Below are positions 19,099-29,655 of a stretch of DNA of 54,986 nucleotides, piece after piece. Source of the DNA: an uncultured archaeon (GTDB taxonomy: Archaea; Asgardarchaeota; Heimdallarchaeia; Heimdallarchaeales; Kariarchaeaceae). The stretch lies in contig CAZYCQ010000014.1 of the NCBI GenBank assembly GCA_964645535.1, forward strand, positions 1 through 54,986, in the 5' to 3' direction. The position numbers and the translations under genes are program-made. The stretch's first letter is position 1. Each line of letters begins with the position of its first letter. Under the pieces are notes generated by a model, which made no database searches, was not told the DNA's origin, and saw only the letters and a program-made list of their open reading frames with translations.

Positions 19099-19845
19099 AT
19101 GAAATTAGGCATCTCTGCACAATTTGTTATTGGTAGCACGGTTTTTTCGGAAACCAAGCAGTTTATGGATCAATTGGGGTTTGTTAAAGTTGAAGAGGGG
19201 AAATCACCCAGCAAGGAAAAATTTGTGCTCTATACTGATGGCAGGGCAAATATTTTACTGAATGAAACAGCTGAGTTCGATTATTCAGGGATCATCTATT
19301 TCACACCCAATATAGAAGAGGTTGTGGAACGATTGGAGACAGTAGGAATTCCATTGACCATCCAAGAGGATAAGAACGAGATCCGATCTGCATTTTTCAT
19401 GACAAAGGATAAAATTCCGGTCAACATAATCCAGGCACAGCATGATCTGAAACCAAACCCATTTGGAAAGTCGGTGGTAGACTGGGGCCATTTTGGAGAA
19501 TATGCAATCAAAGTAGGAGACTTGGATGAATCAATTGAATATTGGGAAAAACTTGGTTTTGAAACTTTATTCAGGGATGAAAAATGGGATTTTGCCATTC
19601 TCTCAGATGGCCTGATTATTCTCGGTCTTCACGCTCATGACATGGGGGTCAAATCGGCGTTGACCTATTTCCATCCAGATATGAAATCCATGGTAAATCA
19701 ATTGAAAGATCGAGGTCTAAACTTTGAATCGGAAACCGAGTATGAGATGAACGGAGAGAAAGCCATCGATGCAGCCATTCGAGCACCAGGGGGACAGGTT
19801 TTCTTTCTTTTTACAGGTGATGTTTCGCAAATCGATTCAACCTAG
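19099..19845 (+). CDS. VOC/glyoxalase superfamily protein (two domains)
   Basis: Repeated VOC pattern: IKVGDLDESIEYWEKLGF, LKDRGL, RAPGGQ. Confidence 0.75.
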   Translation: MKLGISAQFVIGSTVFSETKQFMDQLGFVKVEEGKSPSKEKFVLYTDGRANILLNETAEFDYSGIIYFTPNIEEVVERLETVGIPLTIQEDKNEIRSAFFMTKDKIPVNIIQAQHDLKPNPFGKSVVDWGHFGEYAIKVGDLDESIEYWEKLGFETLFRDEKWDFAILSDGLIILGLHAHDMGVKSALTYFHPDMKSMVNQLKDRGLNFESETEYEMNGEKAIDAAIRAPGGQVFFLFTGDVSQIDST

Positions 19846-19879
19846 ATGTATTTATTAAGAAAGAAATGAAAAGAAGCAC

Positions 19880-20536
19880 ATGGAAGGAAAAATCACAAAA
19901 GAAACATTGCCAGAAGGTATTTTAGGGATTGTATTGGTCTATTCATTGCTTCGGGTAGTGGGCTCACTGATTCCTTATTATTTATTTGAATTTGCCTTAT
20001 TCATAGACGTAGTGTTGAAACCTGCCGGAGGAATAGGGCTGATGATTATGGTTCTTATCACCATGAGAAAAAGAGTATCGCGGAAGAAAGGAATCATTGT
20101 TTGGTGGATATTGTTCTTTTCTTTTTTGGCACCATGGTTTAGTTTATTCATTTTGATAGATCAAGACCCCTTTTCCATTCCATTGAGTTATATTATAGGG
20201 GTCACTCTTTTGGGTGTGGTCATTGGAACGGACATGCAGTACAGACTACCGAACAATTACAGAATAGTTGCATATCCTTTGGCATTGATCAATAGTCTTA
20301 CGTCTAGCATGATGATTCAATACCTCTTCGTTGAAAACACTGGAATCTCCACCTTCAACCCGTTGGTTTATTATTTGAAGCAGGCAACCGAAATCATCTT
20401 TTGGGGAGGATTGTTCTATCTCATCCAAAACGACAAACTATTCATCTTTTCACGTGAAGAAGTAGAAACCGGAGAAAGAGAATCTATCATTGGGGAAGAT
20501 TTATTGTTTCCAGACACCAAAAAACAGGAATCATGA
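19880..20536 (+). CDS. Hypothetical membrane protein (about 6 TM)
   Basis: Hydrophobic ORF filling the gap; TTTATTAA at 19851 (-29). Confidence 0.6.
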   Translation: MEGKITKETLPEGILGIVLVYSLLRVVGSLIPYYLFEFALFIDVVLKPAGGIGLMIMVLITMRKRVSRKKGIIVWWILFFSFLAPWFSLFILIDQDPFSIPLSYIIGVTLLGVVIGTDMQYRLPNNYRIVAYPLALINSLTSSMMIQYLFVENTGISTFNPLVYYLKQATEIIFWGGLFYLIQNDKLFIFSREEVETGERESIIGEDLLFPDTKKQES

Positions 20537-21799
20537 AGTCAACACTCCATCGCCATTTGGGGGAAGGATTTTCAAATATCCGAAAGACAGAAAGAAACGA
20601 AATGTTGCAGAAATAAAAAACATTTCAGGATAGCCGAAAGGAGTGGATGTCAGCAAAAGATCGACAATAAATCCGAAAAGCAATGACCCAATGAATGTCG
20701 AGATGCCAAAAAAGAAGGCATGAGTTCCCAAAAACCATCCTTTTTTCTCTTCTTGACCAGATGATCTTGCACATTCCAATGCATAATCTTTTTGGAGGGT
20801 CGTGTAGAACCCAAAGGTTAGTCCTGCAATGATCCGGGCAAACAGTAGATGAGTCCAGTCAGTGGCGATTGCAAAAGAGAAGGGAACCAACCAAAGAAGG
20901 AACCTTGAAGAATAGAACGATAGCCGGTATGATTTGAACATTTTTTTCAAATGAGGGGTCAAATGCGCCGAAACGCTGAAGCCCAAAAAAGTCACTGCCC
21001 ACATGATAGTCACTTGTCCAGTAGTGGCAAGGGCATTGGTGACCTTGGGGAAAAGTGGCCAAGCGGTGGACATTGCAAAACCGAATATTGCATCAATTAA
21101 AACATATCTTCGGAAATAATTCACTTTCAGGGGTTCAAATAGGGAGGTTCCCGCAGTCTGATCAATCGGTTGAGAGGGAGCCTTTCCAGTAGACGAGAGA
21201 ATGATGACAGATAAGGCTGCAAAGCCGAAACTTATTCCGGCAATGATAAACAACAAAGGGTATGGGTTAACCAGCAAATCGCTAGCAATGCCAACAATAA
21301 GGAATCCTAAACCACCCAAAAGACTTCCAACAGAGGAAATTTGTCCCAGCATTTGTGCCTGTTTCTCACGGCTATAGGTATCACCAATCAGGGCACTGAA
21401 GCTAGGCTGGATTGCGGAAAAACCGAGACTATATGATGCATACACCAATATTATCAGGAGAGGTGAAGAGACGCCTGTTAAAGCAATTGAAGACAATGTT
21501 GAAAGGAGAAAGCCAAACAGCAGAACGATTGAACGACCTTTCTTGTCAGACAATCGTCCAAAAGCCTGTTGTCCCCCAAAACTCAAGATATTTCTGAAGG
21601 ATGCAAGAATACCCTGTTCTGTGGCACTGGCACCATTGTAGTCTGCATAGAGTTGAACAAAGGAAAACATGATACGCTCACCAAGATTCTGAAAAGAGGA
21701 AATAATGGAATAAAGACCCTTATTTGATGGCACCAATAGTGAACAGTTTATTCTTGGAAATAAGTTTACAGGTATCACACCATGGCAATCAGTAACCAT
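20531..21799 (-). CDS. MFS transporter
   Basis: Motif A FGRLSDKKGR, about 12 TM, ALIGD...QMLG. Confidence 0.88.
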   Translation of the reverse strand: MVTDCHGVIPVNLFPRINCSLLVPSNKGLYSIISSFQNLGERIMFSFVQLYADYNGASATEQGILASFRNILSFGGQQAFGRLSDKKGRSIVLLFGFLLSTLSSIALTGVSSPLLIILVYASYSLGFSAIQPSFSALIGDTYSREKQAQMLGQISSVGSLLGGLGFLIVGIASDLLVNPYPLLFIIAGISFGFAALSVIILSSTGKAPSQPIDQTAGTSLFEPLKVNYFRRYVLIDAIFGFAMSTAWPLFPKVTNALATTGQVTIMWAVTFLGFSVSAHLTPHLKKMFKSYRLSFYSSRFLLWLVPFSFAIATDWTHLLFARIIAGLTFGFYTTLQKDYALECARSSGQEEKKGWFLGTHAFFFGISTFIGSLLFGFIVDLLLTSTPFGYPEMFFISATFRFFLSFGYLKILPPNGDGVLTS

Positions 21800-21845
21800 T
21801 TTCCGAAGGACGAACCCTTTTATTCCTTTGAATGAATTTCAATTC

Positions 21846-22319
21846 ATGGAAGATAAGCAAATTGCCGTCCAAGACAAGTATGGTCCTGAGGGAATCTGCT
21901 TCGGTTGTGGACCGAAAAATCCCAAAGGTCTGCAAATCAAGAGTTTTTGGGAAGGCGATGATTTCGTATTGAGGTTCAATCCAAGAGAAGAACATCAGGC
22001 ATTTGAAGGAGTCGTCAATGGTGGGATAATTGGAGCCCTGTTTGATTGTCATAGCAATTGGTGTGCTGCCACTGAACTTTTCAGACGACACCCAGATGAG
22101 GAATTCCCATCCACGGTCACATCGGAATTCCATGTAAAGTTGAAAAGACCTACGCCATTCGGACCTACACTAGTAGTAAAAGCAAGACCTGTAGAAGTCG
22201 ATGGCAATAAAGTTACCGTAGAAGCTGAAATGGAGGCTGATGGGAAAATTACAGCAACTTGCCGCGGGGTGTTTGTTGCCGTTAAGGAAGGTCATCCAGC
22301 ATACCATAGATGGAAATAA
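21846..22319 (+). CDS. PaaI/hotdog-fold thioesterase
   Basis: CFGCGPKNPKGL, GVVNGGIIGALFDCH, VKLKRPTP. Confidence 0.88.
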   Translation: MEDKQIAVQDKYGPEGICFGCGPKNPKGLQIKSFWEGDDFVLRFNPREEHQAFEGVVNGGIIGALFDCHSNWCAATELFRRHPDEEFPSTVTSEFHVKLKRPTPFGPTLVVKARPVEVDGNKVTVEAEMEADGKITATCRGVFVAVKEGHPAYHRWK

Positions 22320-22380
22320 TAAAGGTAGCATGCAGGTAACCTGAAATTTAAATGTCTGAAAACCAATTTCAAAAGTGATC

Positions 22381-22947
22381 ATGAATACAAAGCAAATAAT
22401 CGATGAGCTATTTCCCAAAGGGATAACCTATGAGGATTATTTGAAGAGAAGTAATTCGAAGTTAGGCAAAATGAAGGCAGGATATGAGGCAACAGAACAA
22501 CTCCTTACAGATCATGAAGATGTTATCGACTTTATCAATCGCCCCATGAACGTATTGCTTTTCGCAGAAAACTGGTGTGGGGATTGTGCAAACGGAGTTC
22601 CAGTCATTGCAAAACTAGCAGAAGTTTGCGACCAATGGAACTTTCGAATCCTACCAAAGGACGATCACGAAGAAATCTTTTCCAAATATTTCACAACAGC
22701 AGGAAAGAAGAAAATACCTCTGCTTATCTTCATGGATCAAGAAAACCATGAAATCGCACGGTGGTTTGAGCGACCAACGGAGGCTTACAAATTAATCACC
22801 AAGTATAAAAAATTACCTCAGGAAGAATTCATACAAAAGTTGAGGGAAGCACCAGAATTTCAGGTTCCAGGCATTACAAATCTTGTTTTGAAAGAAGTTT
22901 TGGCAGTTGCCGAAAAATCCGCAGCCTTGCTTGAATCATTCAAATAA
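22381..22947 (+). CDS. Thioredoxin family protein (WCGDC type)
   Basis: AENWCGDC, KIPLLIF, WFERP. Confidence 0.85.
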   Translation: MNTKQIIDELFPKGITYEDYLKRSNSKLGKMKAGYEATEQLLTDHEDVIDFINRPMNVLLFAENWCGDCANGVPVIAKLAEVCDQWNFRILPKDDHEEIFSKYFTTAGKKKIPLLIFMDQENHEIARWFERPTEAYKLITKYKKLPQEEFIQKLREAPEFQVPGITNLVLKEVLAVAEKSAALLESFK

Positions 22948-23174
22948 ATCTTAAAGCCACGCACTAAAAAACTTCCGAATTTTTGAAAATTACTGCATTT
23001 CACCAAATCAGACCGGTTAGCATAGATTCAAATTCGACAAAAGGAAAAAAGAGACCAGATCCGTTACGAAAAACGGACGACAAGTTATCGAAATGCGCAA
23101 GATGTGAAACAATGAGCGAAATATTTTTAAATTGACTTAAATTCATGTCAATCAGCTGAAAACAGGTGAAAAAA

Positions 23175-24248
23175 ATGAGAAAACTATTGGGCCTATCAGT
23201 AATCATGATTTTCGCTCTGTCCTCCGTATCGTTGGCTTTGGCAGCGAACATTGAGGTCATTCCGAAAGTCGAATTGTTAAAGGGGAAACCCCCCGGTAAA
23301 GGAGGCGGCGGAGGTAGCACCACCCAAATCCTTGATTGGGGATATGTGAGAATTGGAGCCGCGGATGCCAGATCAAGAACTACCGGCGTAGTACAGGTCG
23401 CGGTTTTAGACACAGGTATAGATTTTGACCATCCAGATCTTGCAGGAGTGGTGACATGGTGCTATTCCGCAATTAAGAAAACCGAAGGGTGTGATCGAAA
23501 TACCGATGACAGTGACGGCCATGGAACCCATGTAGCGGGAACCATTGCAGCTCTTGACAACAGTCAGGACATTGTCGGCGCTGCCGCAGGTCATGTTGAA
23601 ATCTATAACATCAAGGTACTCGGAAGAAGAGGAGGCGATTGGAATGATCTTGCCCATGGCATCAGAGTTGCTGCCGAAGGACCTGACAGGATACTTGGAA
23701 CCGCAGATGATGCAGAGGTAATTTCCATGAGCCTTGGGGGTGACATCAGTGCTTTCCCAGACATTCAACAGATGTTGCAGGACGCCATTGATTATGCACG
23801 TTCCGGTGGATCGGCAGTCGTTGCTGCAGCGGGGAATGAGGGAACATGTGATCCGGGTGATGTCCAACATTCCTGGCCCGCAGAAAACCAAGGAGTCATC
23901 ACAGTTGGAGCAACAGGCATTTATGCAAACGGTGCATTTGTCAGGGAATATACAGGAGCAGAGCAGGATGTCATGCCTTGCTTCTCAAATGAAATGCCCC
24001 CTGGTGTTGTCGATGTAGCCGCACCGGGAGTTTACATTACCTCCTTGAAGAGAGGAGGAGGCACCACAGAAATGAGTGGTACATCCATGGCTACACCATA
24101 CACATCTGCAATTGTCGCATTGTTGATGGCAAACGGCTATTCTGCAGATCAAGCTCTTAACAGACTCAAGGCAACTGCAATCGACATGGGATATCCCTCA
24201 ACCCTTCAAGGCGCAGGATTGATTGATGCAGCAGCAGCAGTTATTTGA
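23175..24248 (+). CDS. Secreted S8 subtilisin-family serine protease (Tk-subtilisin-like)
   Basis: Signal peptide; catalytic DTG, HGTHVAG, GTSMAT; AAAGN oxyanion; AEVISMSLGG; AGGTGA SD before ATG 23175. Confidence 0.95.
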   Translation: MRKLLGLSVIMIFALSSVSLALAANIEVIPKVELLKGKPPGKGGGGGSTTQILDWGYVRIGAADARSRTTGVVQVAVLDTGIDFDHPDLAGVVTWCYSAIKKTEGCDRNTDDSDGHGTHVAGTIAALDNSQDIVGAAAGHVEIYNIKVLGRRGGDWNDLAHGIRVAAEGPDRILGTADDAEVISMSLGGDISAFPDIQQMLQDAIDYARSGGSAVVAAAGNEGTCDPGDVQHSWPAENQGVITVGATGIYANGAFVREYTGAEQDVMPCFSNEMPPGVVDVAAPGVYITSLKRGGGTTEMSGTSMATPYTSAIVALLMANGYSADQALNRLKATAIDMGYPSTLQGAGLIDAAAAVI

Positions 24249-24323
24249 GTAACCATCAAAAGCCGAAATCTAAATTGAGAATTTTTAATGCAAATTAAAA
24301 TCGAAGGCAAGGTTTTATGTCAA

Positions 24324-25676
24324 TTATCCAATTATGTTTTTCAGCATTTTTCCAACCTTATAACCAGACAATGAGGCCTGAATAACAGACGGGGCAAATT
24401 TGACTTCAACACTTGCTCCAGACATATAAACTCGATTGGTCAACTTAGGCTCAAAAACAGGGAAATCGATTGTGGGACCAATATTTGCCGTCATGCCAGG
24501 ATCATTGTAGAAGGGAGTGAATGAAGAGGGGGATTGATAGCCAAGAAAGCGTGCCTTCTCTTTGAAATCTGGTAGAAAATGGATATACTCAGACTCAACA
24601 AAATTTCGCATTTTCTGGATATCAGCTTCAGAGGGAGAGGGAGGAGTAACGAACCAAAAGCTTACGGGATAAGCGCCATTGTTCACCAAAGTCTTATCAA
24701 CTAAAGCGGGGAAATGAACATAACATCCATTTACAGACAATTGGCCATTCATTGCAGAAACAAGAATTGAATTCACCTCATCAATCGTATCAACGGGATA
24801 ATAGTTCAGAAGGGGAGCTCTTCCCTTATAAGAGGTGTTCGCATCACCTTCATAGGCATAGAGGAGGTGAGTGGTTTGGATGGAGGGACGCGTCTGCTTA
24901 ATCAATTTTCTAGCCCTTTTGATTTGTTTGGACTTTGCCTTGATGCAGTTGAGGGTATGGGGAACACCCATAGCAGAGACCACGTAATCTGCTTCTAAAA
25001 GCCCTTCAGAAGTTTGGACTTCGACCCCTTTTTTCTTTGGCTGGATTTTCTCCACCTTGTGGTTAAGTAGAAGCTGACCACCATGTTCTTGGATTTTTTG
25101 CCACAGTCTTTGTGGGATTTGATTTGTACTTCCCACAGGATATTTGAAGTGATGGGCATATTCGAGTAATTTCAGTGTAATCGCCGCAGCCTGATTTGTC
25201 GGAAGACCGGCATCAACTGCACCTGTAGAAAGGAAAAGCTGCAATTTAGGGTCTACTTCAATGTCTTCAAGGAAACGTTCAATGGAGGCAGTTTGGAACT
25301 CATGGAGATGAGTCAGGAAAAGAAGGGCACTCCAAAGGGTAGTGTACCATTTTTTCCCGGTAATCCGGAACAGATCCTCTATGGATGTCAGTGAGGTATC
25401 GATTCTCAATGGAATTCGTTCCTTGGTGGCAATGATGTCCCATGTGATATCAAGAACATCAATTTCGACACCTAACCGGTGATTCAGGAAATCAATGAAA
25501 AAAGGAGTTAAAAGAGTGGCTCCGATATCAAAATTGAATCCTTCTACTTCAGTAGCCTGCAATCGACCACCGATTGTATGAGCTTGATCCACAAGAGTGA
25601 TTTCATGATCCTTTGCCAAAGTCAAGGCAGTGACAAGCCCACCCACCCCAGTACCGAGAATGATAATTTCTGCCAT
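24324..25676 (-). CDS. FAD-dependent oxidoreductase, phytoene desaturase (CrtI)-like family
   Basis: GTGVGGL dinucleotide motif, IGGR, FDIGAT, YPVGS, ADYVVSA, C-terminal VYMSG...SG. Confidence 0.75.
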   Translation of the reverse strand: MAEIIILGTGVGGLVTALTLAKDHEITLVDQAHTIGGRLQATEVEGFNFDIGATLLTPFFIDFLNHRLGVEIDVLDITWDIIATKERIPLRIDTSLTSIEDLFRITGKKWYTTLWSALLFLTHLHEFQTASIERFLEDIEVDPKLQLFLSTGAVDAGLPTNQAAAITLKLLEYAHHFKYPVGSTNQIPQRLWQKIQEHGGQLLLNHKVEKIQPKKKGVEVQTSEGLLEADYVVSAMGVPHTLNCIKAKSKQIKRARKLIKQTRPSIQTTHLLYAYEGDANTSYKGRAPLLNYYPVDTIDEVNSILVSAMNGQLSVNGCYVHFPALVDKTLVNNGAYPVSFWFVTPPSPSEADIQKMRNFVESEYIHFLPDFKEKARFLGYQSPSSFTPFYNDPGMTANIGPTIDFPVFEPKLTNRVYMSGASVEVKFAPSVIQASLSGYKVGKMLKNIIG

Positions 25677-25771
25677 ACATTAAGAAAATGCATCAATCTA
25701 AAATTTTTAGGGGCAAAAATTTTGTAGAAATGCAAATACTGAAGGAAAATTTAGTGGGTAGTCACGAAATC

Positions 25772-26662
25772 CTACCAGTCCCGTCCCTCAAGAAGTTTGA
25801 CGGGAACAAAAGGAAGATCACCCACTTGGGGATCAAAATCAGGACTGTCTGCCATCATTTCCTTTGTAGGAATGAAGAGCTCCCTTGTTTTGATATCGAA
25901 CCCATAATGGTTTCCTAGTACATGGATACGGACATCTGTGACACTGAATGGTTTGTTATCAGGAAGTGAGGCAATGTTGGTATGTGAAATGCTACTTCCA
26001 TCCACAACAATAATCTGACGGCTCCCCATAACCTGAATCATGCTTTGTCCCTCCTTGAAAAGGATACCAGTGTTTTCTGAAAGTCCAAGCCCAATTGTGC
26101 CAGGATTGAGGCTCACTACATTCAGGAGGCGGGTGATTCGGCCTCTTTTGATAAAATGTGAATCAATGACTGCATTTGAGATAAAACCCAAGCCTGGACT
26201 GAGGTCAACACTTCCCTTGAACATCACATCCGATTTCCCTCCGGCAATCATGGTGGAACTCATAGCGGAGGCACCAGCAGAAGTCCCGGCGATGAAGACA
26301 CCCCGAGACCGTGCGCGGTTGATGGCTTGCATCAAGGGGGATCCTCCTAAAAGGGAGGTAATGCGCAATTGATTTCCTCCTGTAAAAAATATTCCAGTAG
26401 ACCGGTCAATACGATCGATCAGCCGAGGGTTTTCGGTATGATCCCTGCGATCAATGACATAATATTCCACATCGTTCGACAGCTTTGAGAAAAGAGATTC
26501 ATACAAGGGACCAACCTCATTGGCATAATCGGATGCAGTAGGCAGAATGGTGATGACACTGTCCTCGCCGCCAGAACCTTTGATGAATGCATCTACCAAG
26601 GGGTTTTCTGGGGTCAGTTCCATGGCTCCACCGATAGCCAAGTAAGTCGTTACATCAGCCAT
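25772..26662 (-). CDS. cphB: Cyanophycinase (peptidase S51)
   Basis: IGGA, LPTAS, FFTGGNQLR, catalytic GTSAGA, DSHF-x2-RGR-x2-RL, GLSENT. Confidence 0.92.
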   Translation of the reverse strand: MADVTTYLAIGGAMELTPENPLVDAFIKGSGGEDSVITILPTASDYANEVGPLYESLFSKLSNDVEYYVIDRRDHTENPRLIDRIDRSTGIFFTGGNQLRITSLLGGSPLMQAINRARSRGVFIAGTSAGASAMSSTMIAGGKSDVMFKGSVDLSPGLGFISNAVIDSHFIKRGRITRLLNVVSLNPGTIGLGLSENTGILFKEGQSMIQVMGSRQIIVVDGSSISHTNIASLPDNKPFSVTDVRIHVLGNHYGFDIKTRELFIPTKEMMADSPDFDPQVGDLPFVPVKLLEGRDW

Positions 26663-26750
26663 TTACAAACCTTGCAATGAATTCACCCTTATTATACCTA
26701 GAGATTCTTTTACTTCAAAATAGTTGATATTTTCCTGCTTAGAGAGGTAT

Positions 26751-26763
26751 AAAAGTTTTATTT
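26751..26763 (+). promoter_or_regulatory. BRE/TATA-like promoter of cphA
   Basis: AAAAG followed by TTTTATTT (26756-26763), 29 nt upstream of ATG 26785; no SD, consistent with a leaderless transcript. Confidence 0.5.
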
Positions 26764-26784
26764 GGAGAAGATTGAGAAAACAAA

Positions 26785-29577
26785 ATGGATTTGGATCTTC
26801 AACTAGAGATTGTTTCAAAAAGGGTCTACCGGGGACCTAACCTTTACCATTATGATAAGGCAATGTTGGTTGTTGTCGATATCGGAGATCTTGAGGATTT
26901 TCCCTCAATGAAGCTTAAGGGGTTCAATGAACGTTTATTGAAGTTGATTCCCTCTTTGGACACACATACATGTAGCCTTGGGGTTCCGGGAGGGTTCATC
27001 AGAAGACTTACAGAGGATGAAGGCACGTGGATGGGTCATATTTTTGAACATGTGGCTATCGAAATACAGAATTTGGCGGGAATTGATGTTTCCTTTGGAA
27101 AAACGAGGCAAAGAAAGGGCGAGAAAGGAAGAACTGGAAAAGAAAGTGTCTATAACGTTGTTTTTGAATATAAGAATGAAGAAACTGCATTATCTGCTAC
27201 GACACTGGCTCAACGGACGGTCAATTATTGTGTAGACCCCAAGCAGGTTCCTGATTTTGATTTTGAAAAAGAATTGAAGGAAGTCATTGAAATTGCACAG
27301 GAGTTCGCCTATGGCCCTTCTACCGGGGCAATTGTTGCAGAGGCAGAACGAAGAGGGATTCCAACAATACGACTTCAAAAACGATGGTCTCTTGTTCAAT
27401 TTGGATGGGGAAATAGGCAAAAGAGAATATGGGCATCCACTAGCTCCATGACACCATATATTGCTACAGAAATAGCTCAGGAAAAGGAATTGACATTACA
27501 GATGCTTTATGATGTTGGAATCCCGGTGCCAAGGGGGGGAGAGGTTCGAACATATGAGGGTGCATTGGAAGAGGTAAGGAGGATTGGCTATCCAGTTGTC
27601 ACAAAACCTTCAGATGTTTCTCATGGAAGAGGGGTGTATCTAAACATCAGGGATGACAAAGCCTTGAAGAAAGGATTTGAGATTGCAAAAGAATATTCTA
27701 GAGACGTGATTGTTGAACAATACATTGAAGGTAACGATTATAGGGTATTGGTCATCAATGGTGAATTTGTTGCCGCAGCTCAGCGAATTCCAGCCCATGT
27801 CATCGGAGACGGAGAGCATACCATTGAAGAGCTGGTGGAAATCGTCAATCAGGATCCAAGACGAGGAATCGGCCATGAAAAAGTTTTGACACAAATCGTT
27901 ATTGACCAGCCATCCCTAGACCTCCTTGAAGCGCAAGGATTAACCCTTTCCAGCATTCCCGAAAAAGGAAGATTTGTTCAGTTGAAATCAACAGCAAACC
28001 TGTCAACTGGAGGAACTGCAATTGACGTGACAGACATTATCCATTATGACAATATCCGGCTTGCAGAAAGGGCAGTCAAGACTATTGGATTGGATATTGC
28101 GGGAGTTGATATCATTGCGGAAGATATCTCCAAACCAATTCTTGCACAAAGAGGGGTCATCATTGAAGTCAATGCCGCACCGGGTTTGAGGATGCATCTT
28201 GAACCCACAGAAGGAACGCCAAGAAATGTTGCAAAACCAATTGTCGACATGTTGTTTCCAGATGGAGATGCCGGTCGAATTCCGCTCATTGCGGTCACAG
28301 GAACCAATGGAAAAACCACTGTTTCAAGATGGATTGCTCATGTTTTGAAACTGGCAGGGAAAAAGGTCGGTCTAACCACCACAGATGGAATCTATATTGA
28401 TGGAGAACTGCAATATAGTGGTGATTGCACGGGACCATGGAGTGCAAAGGCAGTTCTGAAAGATCCCACAGTTAATTTTGCAGTTTTAGAGACTGCAAGA
28501 GGCGGAATCATCCGGGAAGGATTAGGCTGGGATTTCTGTGATGTGGGATGCCTTCTGAATGTTTCTGAAGACCATCTAGGTCTTGGAGGTGTTAAAACCC
28601 TAGATGATTTAGCTGATGTGAAGGCTGTGGTCTTGGATCAGGTGAAGAAAGATGTTGGATACGGGGTAATCAATGCAGATGATCCATTAGTCATGGAACG
28701 TCGAGGAAGAATAAGAGGAAAGACAGTGTTAATATCACTTGATTACAGGAATCAGGACTTGCAGGAACATGTGGAAACCGGAGGAGATGCAGTCACCATT
28801 ACCCCAAATGGTGTTATCCAATTGATTCGAAACAATTCTCAAACACCAATCCTCCATGTTAAGGAAATTCCAGCTTGTTACAATGGTCATGCAGTATTCA
28901 ATATTGTCAATGCCATGTTTGTTGTTGGAGCCACCTTTCCTTTTGTTTCAGTTGAAGACATTAGAACAGGACTTTCTTCCTTCAATACCAGTTTCAGCCT
29001 CAGTCCGGGAAGGATGAACATTGAATATGTCAAAGGTGCAAGAGTTGTCATTGACTATGGCCATAATCCCGAAGCATTGAAGGCACAGATTCAGTTGATT
29101 GAAGGATTGCACAAAGACCAAAACCATGTAGGAAGGAAAGCCATTGTCTTTGGTATGCCAGGAGACAGACCAAACCAAACGATCATCAATGCGGCAAAGA
29201 TTGTTGCCAATCATTATGACAGGTATTTTCTCAAGGAAGATTGGAATCTTCGAGGACGGAAATCAGGTGAGGTTCCGCAATTGATTGCAGAAATTCTCAT
29301 GAAAGAAGGGGTTTCCAATAAAGCCATTGAAATCTTTGCAGGAGAAAAAAATGAACTTGATGCTGTAACTGCACTTTATGAGTGGTTACAGCTAAATGAT
29401 CTTGCTGTTATCCAAGCAGATGATATTCCGAAGGTCCGCCATCATTTACTTTCAAGGTTGGCAAAAATGAAAGACACAACATTTGAGACAATGCCAGTAC
29501 ATGAACCAAGGGATGAGCATGAATTCAATTATGAAAGAATAGCGGAATACACTAAAAGAGATGAACCATCAGATTGA
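26785..29577 (+). CDS. cphA: Cyanophycin synthetase (CphA1)
   Basis: N domain RGPN, HTCS...GTWMGHIFEH, GPST. ATP-grasp KP-x3-SHGRGV, EQYIEGNDYR, ANLSTGG, EVNAAPGLRMH. Mur-ligase-like VTGTNGKTT, LETARGG, EDHLG, PGRMN, DYGHNP, PGDR. Confidence 0.97.
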   Translation: MDLDLQLEIVSKRVYRGPNLYHYDKAMLVVVDIGDLEDFPSMKLKGFNERLLKLIPSLDTHTCSLGVPGGFIRRLTEDEGTWMGHIFEHVAIEIQNLAGIDVSFGKTRQRKGEKGRTGKESVYNVVFEYKNEETALSATTLAQRTVNYCVDPKQVPDFDFEKELKEVIEIAQEFAYGPSTGAIVAEAERRGIPTIRLQKRWSLVQFGWGNRQKRIWASTSSMTPYIATEIAQEKELTLQMLYDVGIPVPRGGEVRTYEGALEEVRRIGYPVVTKPSDVSHGRGVYLNIRDDKALKKGFEIAKEYSRDVIVEQYIEGNDYRVLVINGEFVAAAQRIPAHVIGDGEHTIEELVEIVNQDPRRGIGHEKVLTQIVIDQPSLDLLEAQGLTLSSIPEKGRFVQLKSTANLSTGGTAIDVTDIIHYDNIRLAERAVKTIGLDIAGVDIIAEDISKPILAQRGVIIEVNAAPGLRMHLEPTEGTPRNVAKPIVDMLFPDGDAGRIPLIAVTGTNGKTTVSRWIAHVLKLAGKKVGLTTTDGIYIDGELQYSGDCTGPWSAKAVLKDPTVNFAVLETARGGIIREGLGWDFCDVGCLLNVSEDHLGLGGVKTLDDLADVKAVVLDQVKKDVGYGVINADDPLVMERRGRIRGKTVLISLDYRNQDLQEHVETGGDAVTITPNGVIQLIRNNSQTPILHVKEIPACYNGHAVFNIVNAMFVVGATFPFVSVEDIRTGLSSFNTSFSLSPGRMNIEYVKGARVVIDYGHNPEALKAQIQLIEGLHKDQNHVGRKAIVFGMPGDRPNQTIINAAKIVANHYDRYFLKEDWNLRGRKSGEVPQLIAEILMKEGVSNKAIEIFAGEKNELDAVTALYEWLQLNDLAVIQADDIPKVRHHLLSRLAKMKDTTFETMPVHEPRDEHEFNYERIAEYTKRDEPSD

Positions 29578-29655
29578 CAAATTTATCAAATTACGATTAC
29601 ATTAGCCGACCGACTATTCGAAGGACAAATAACTGATACATATATGAGACGATCT

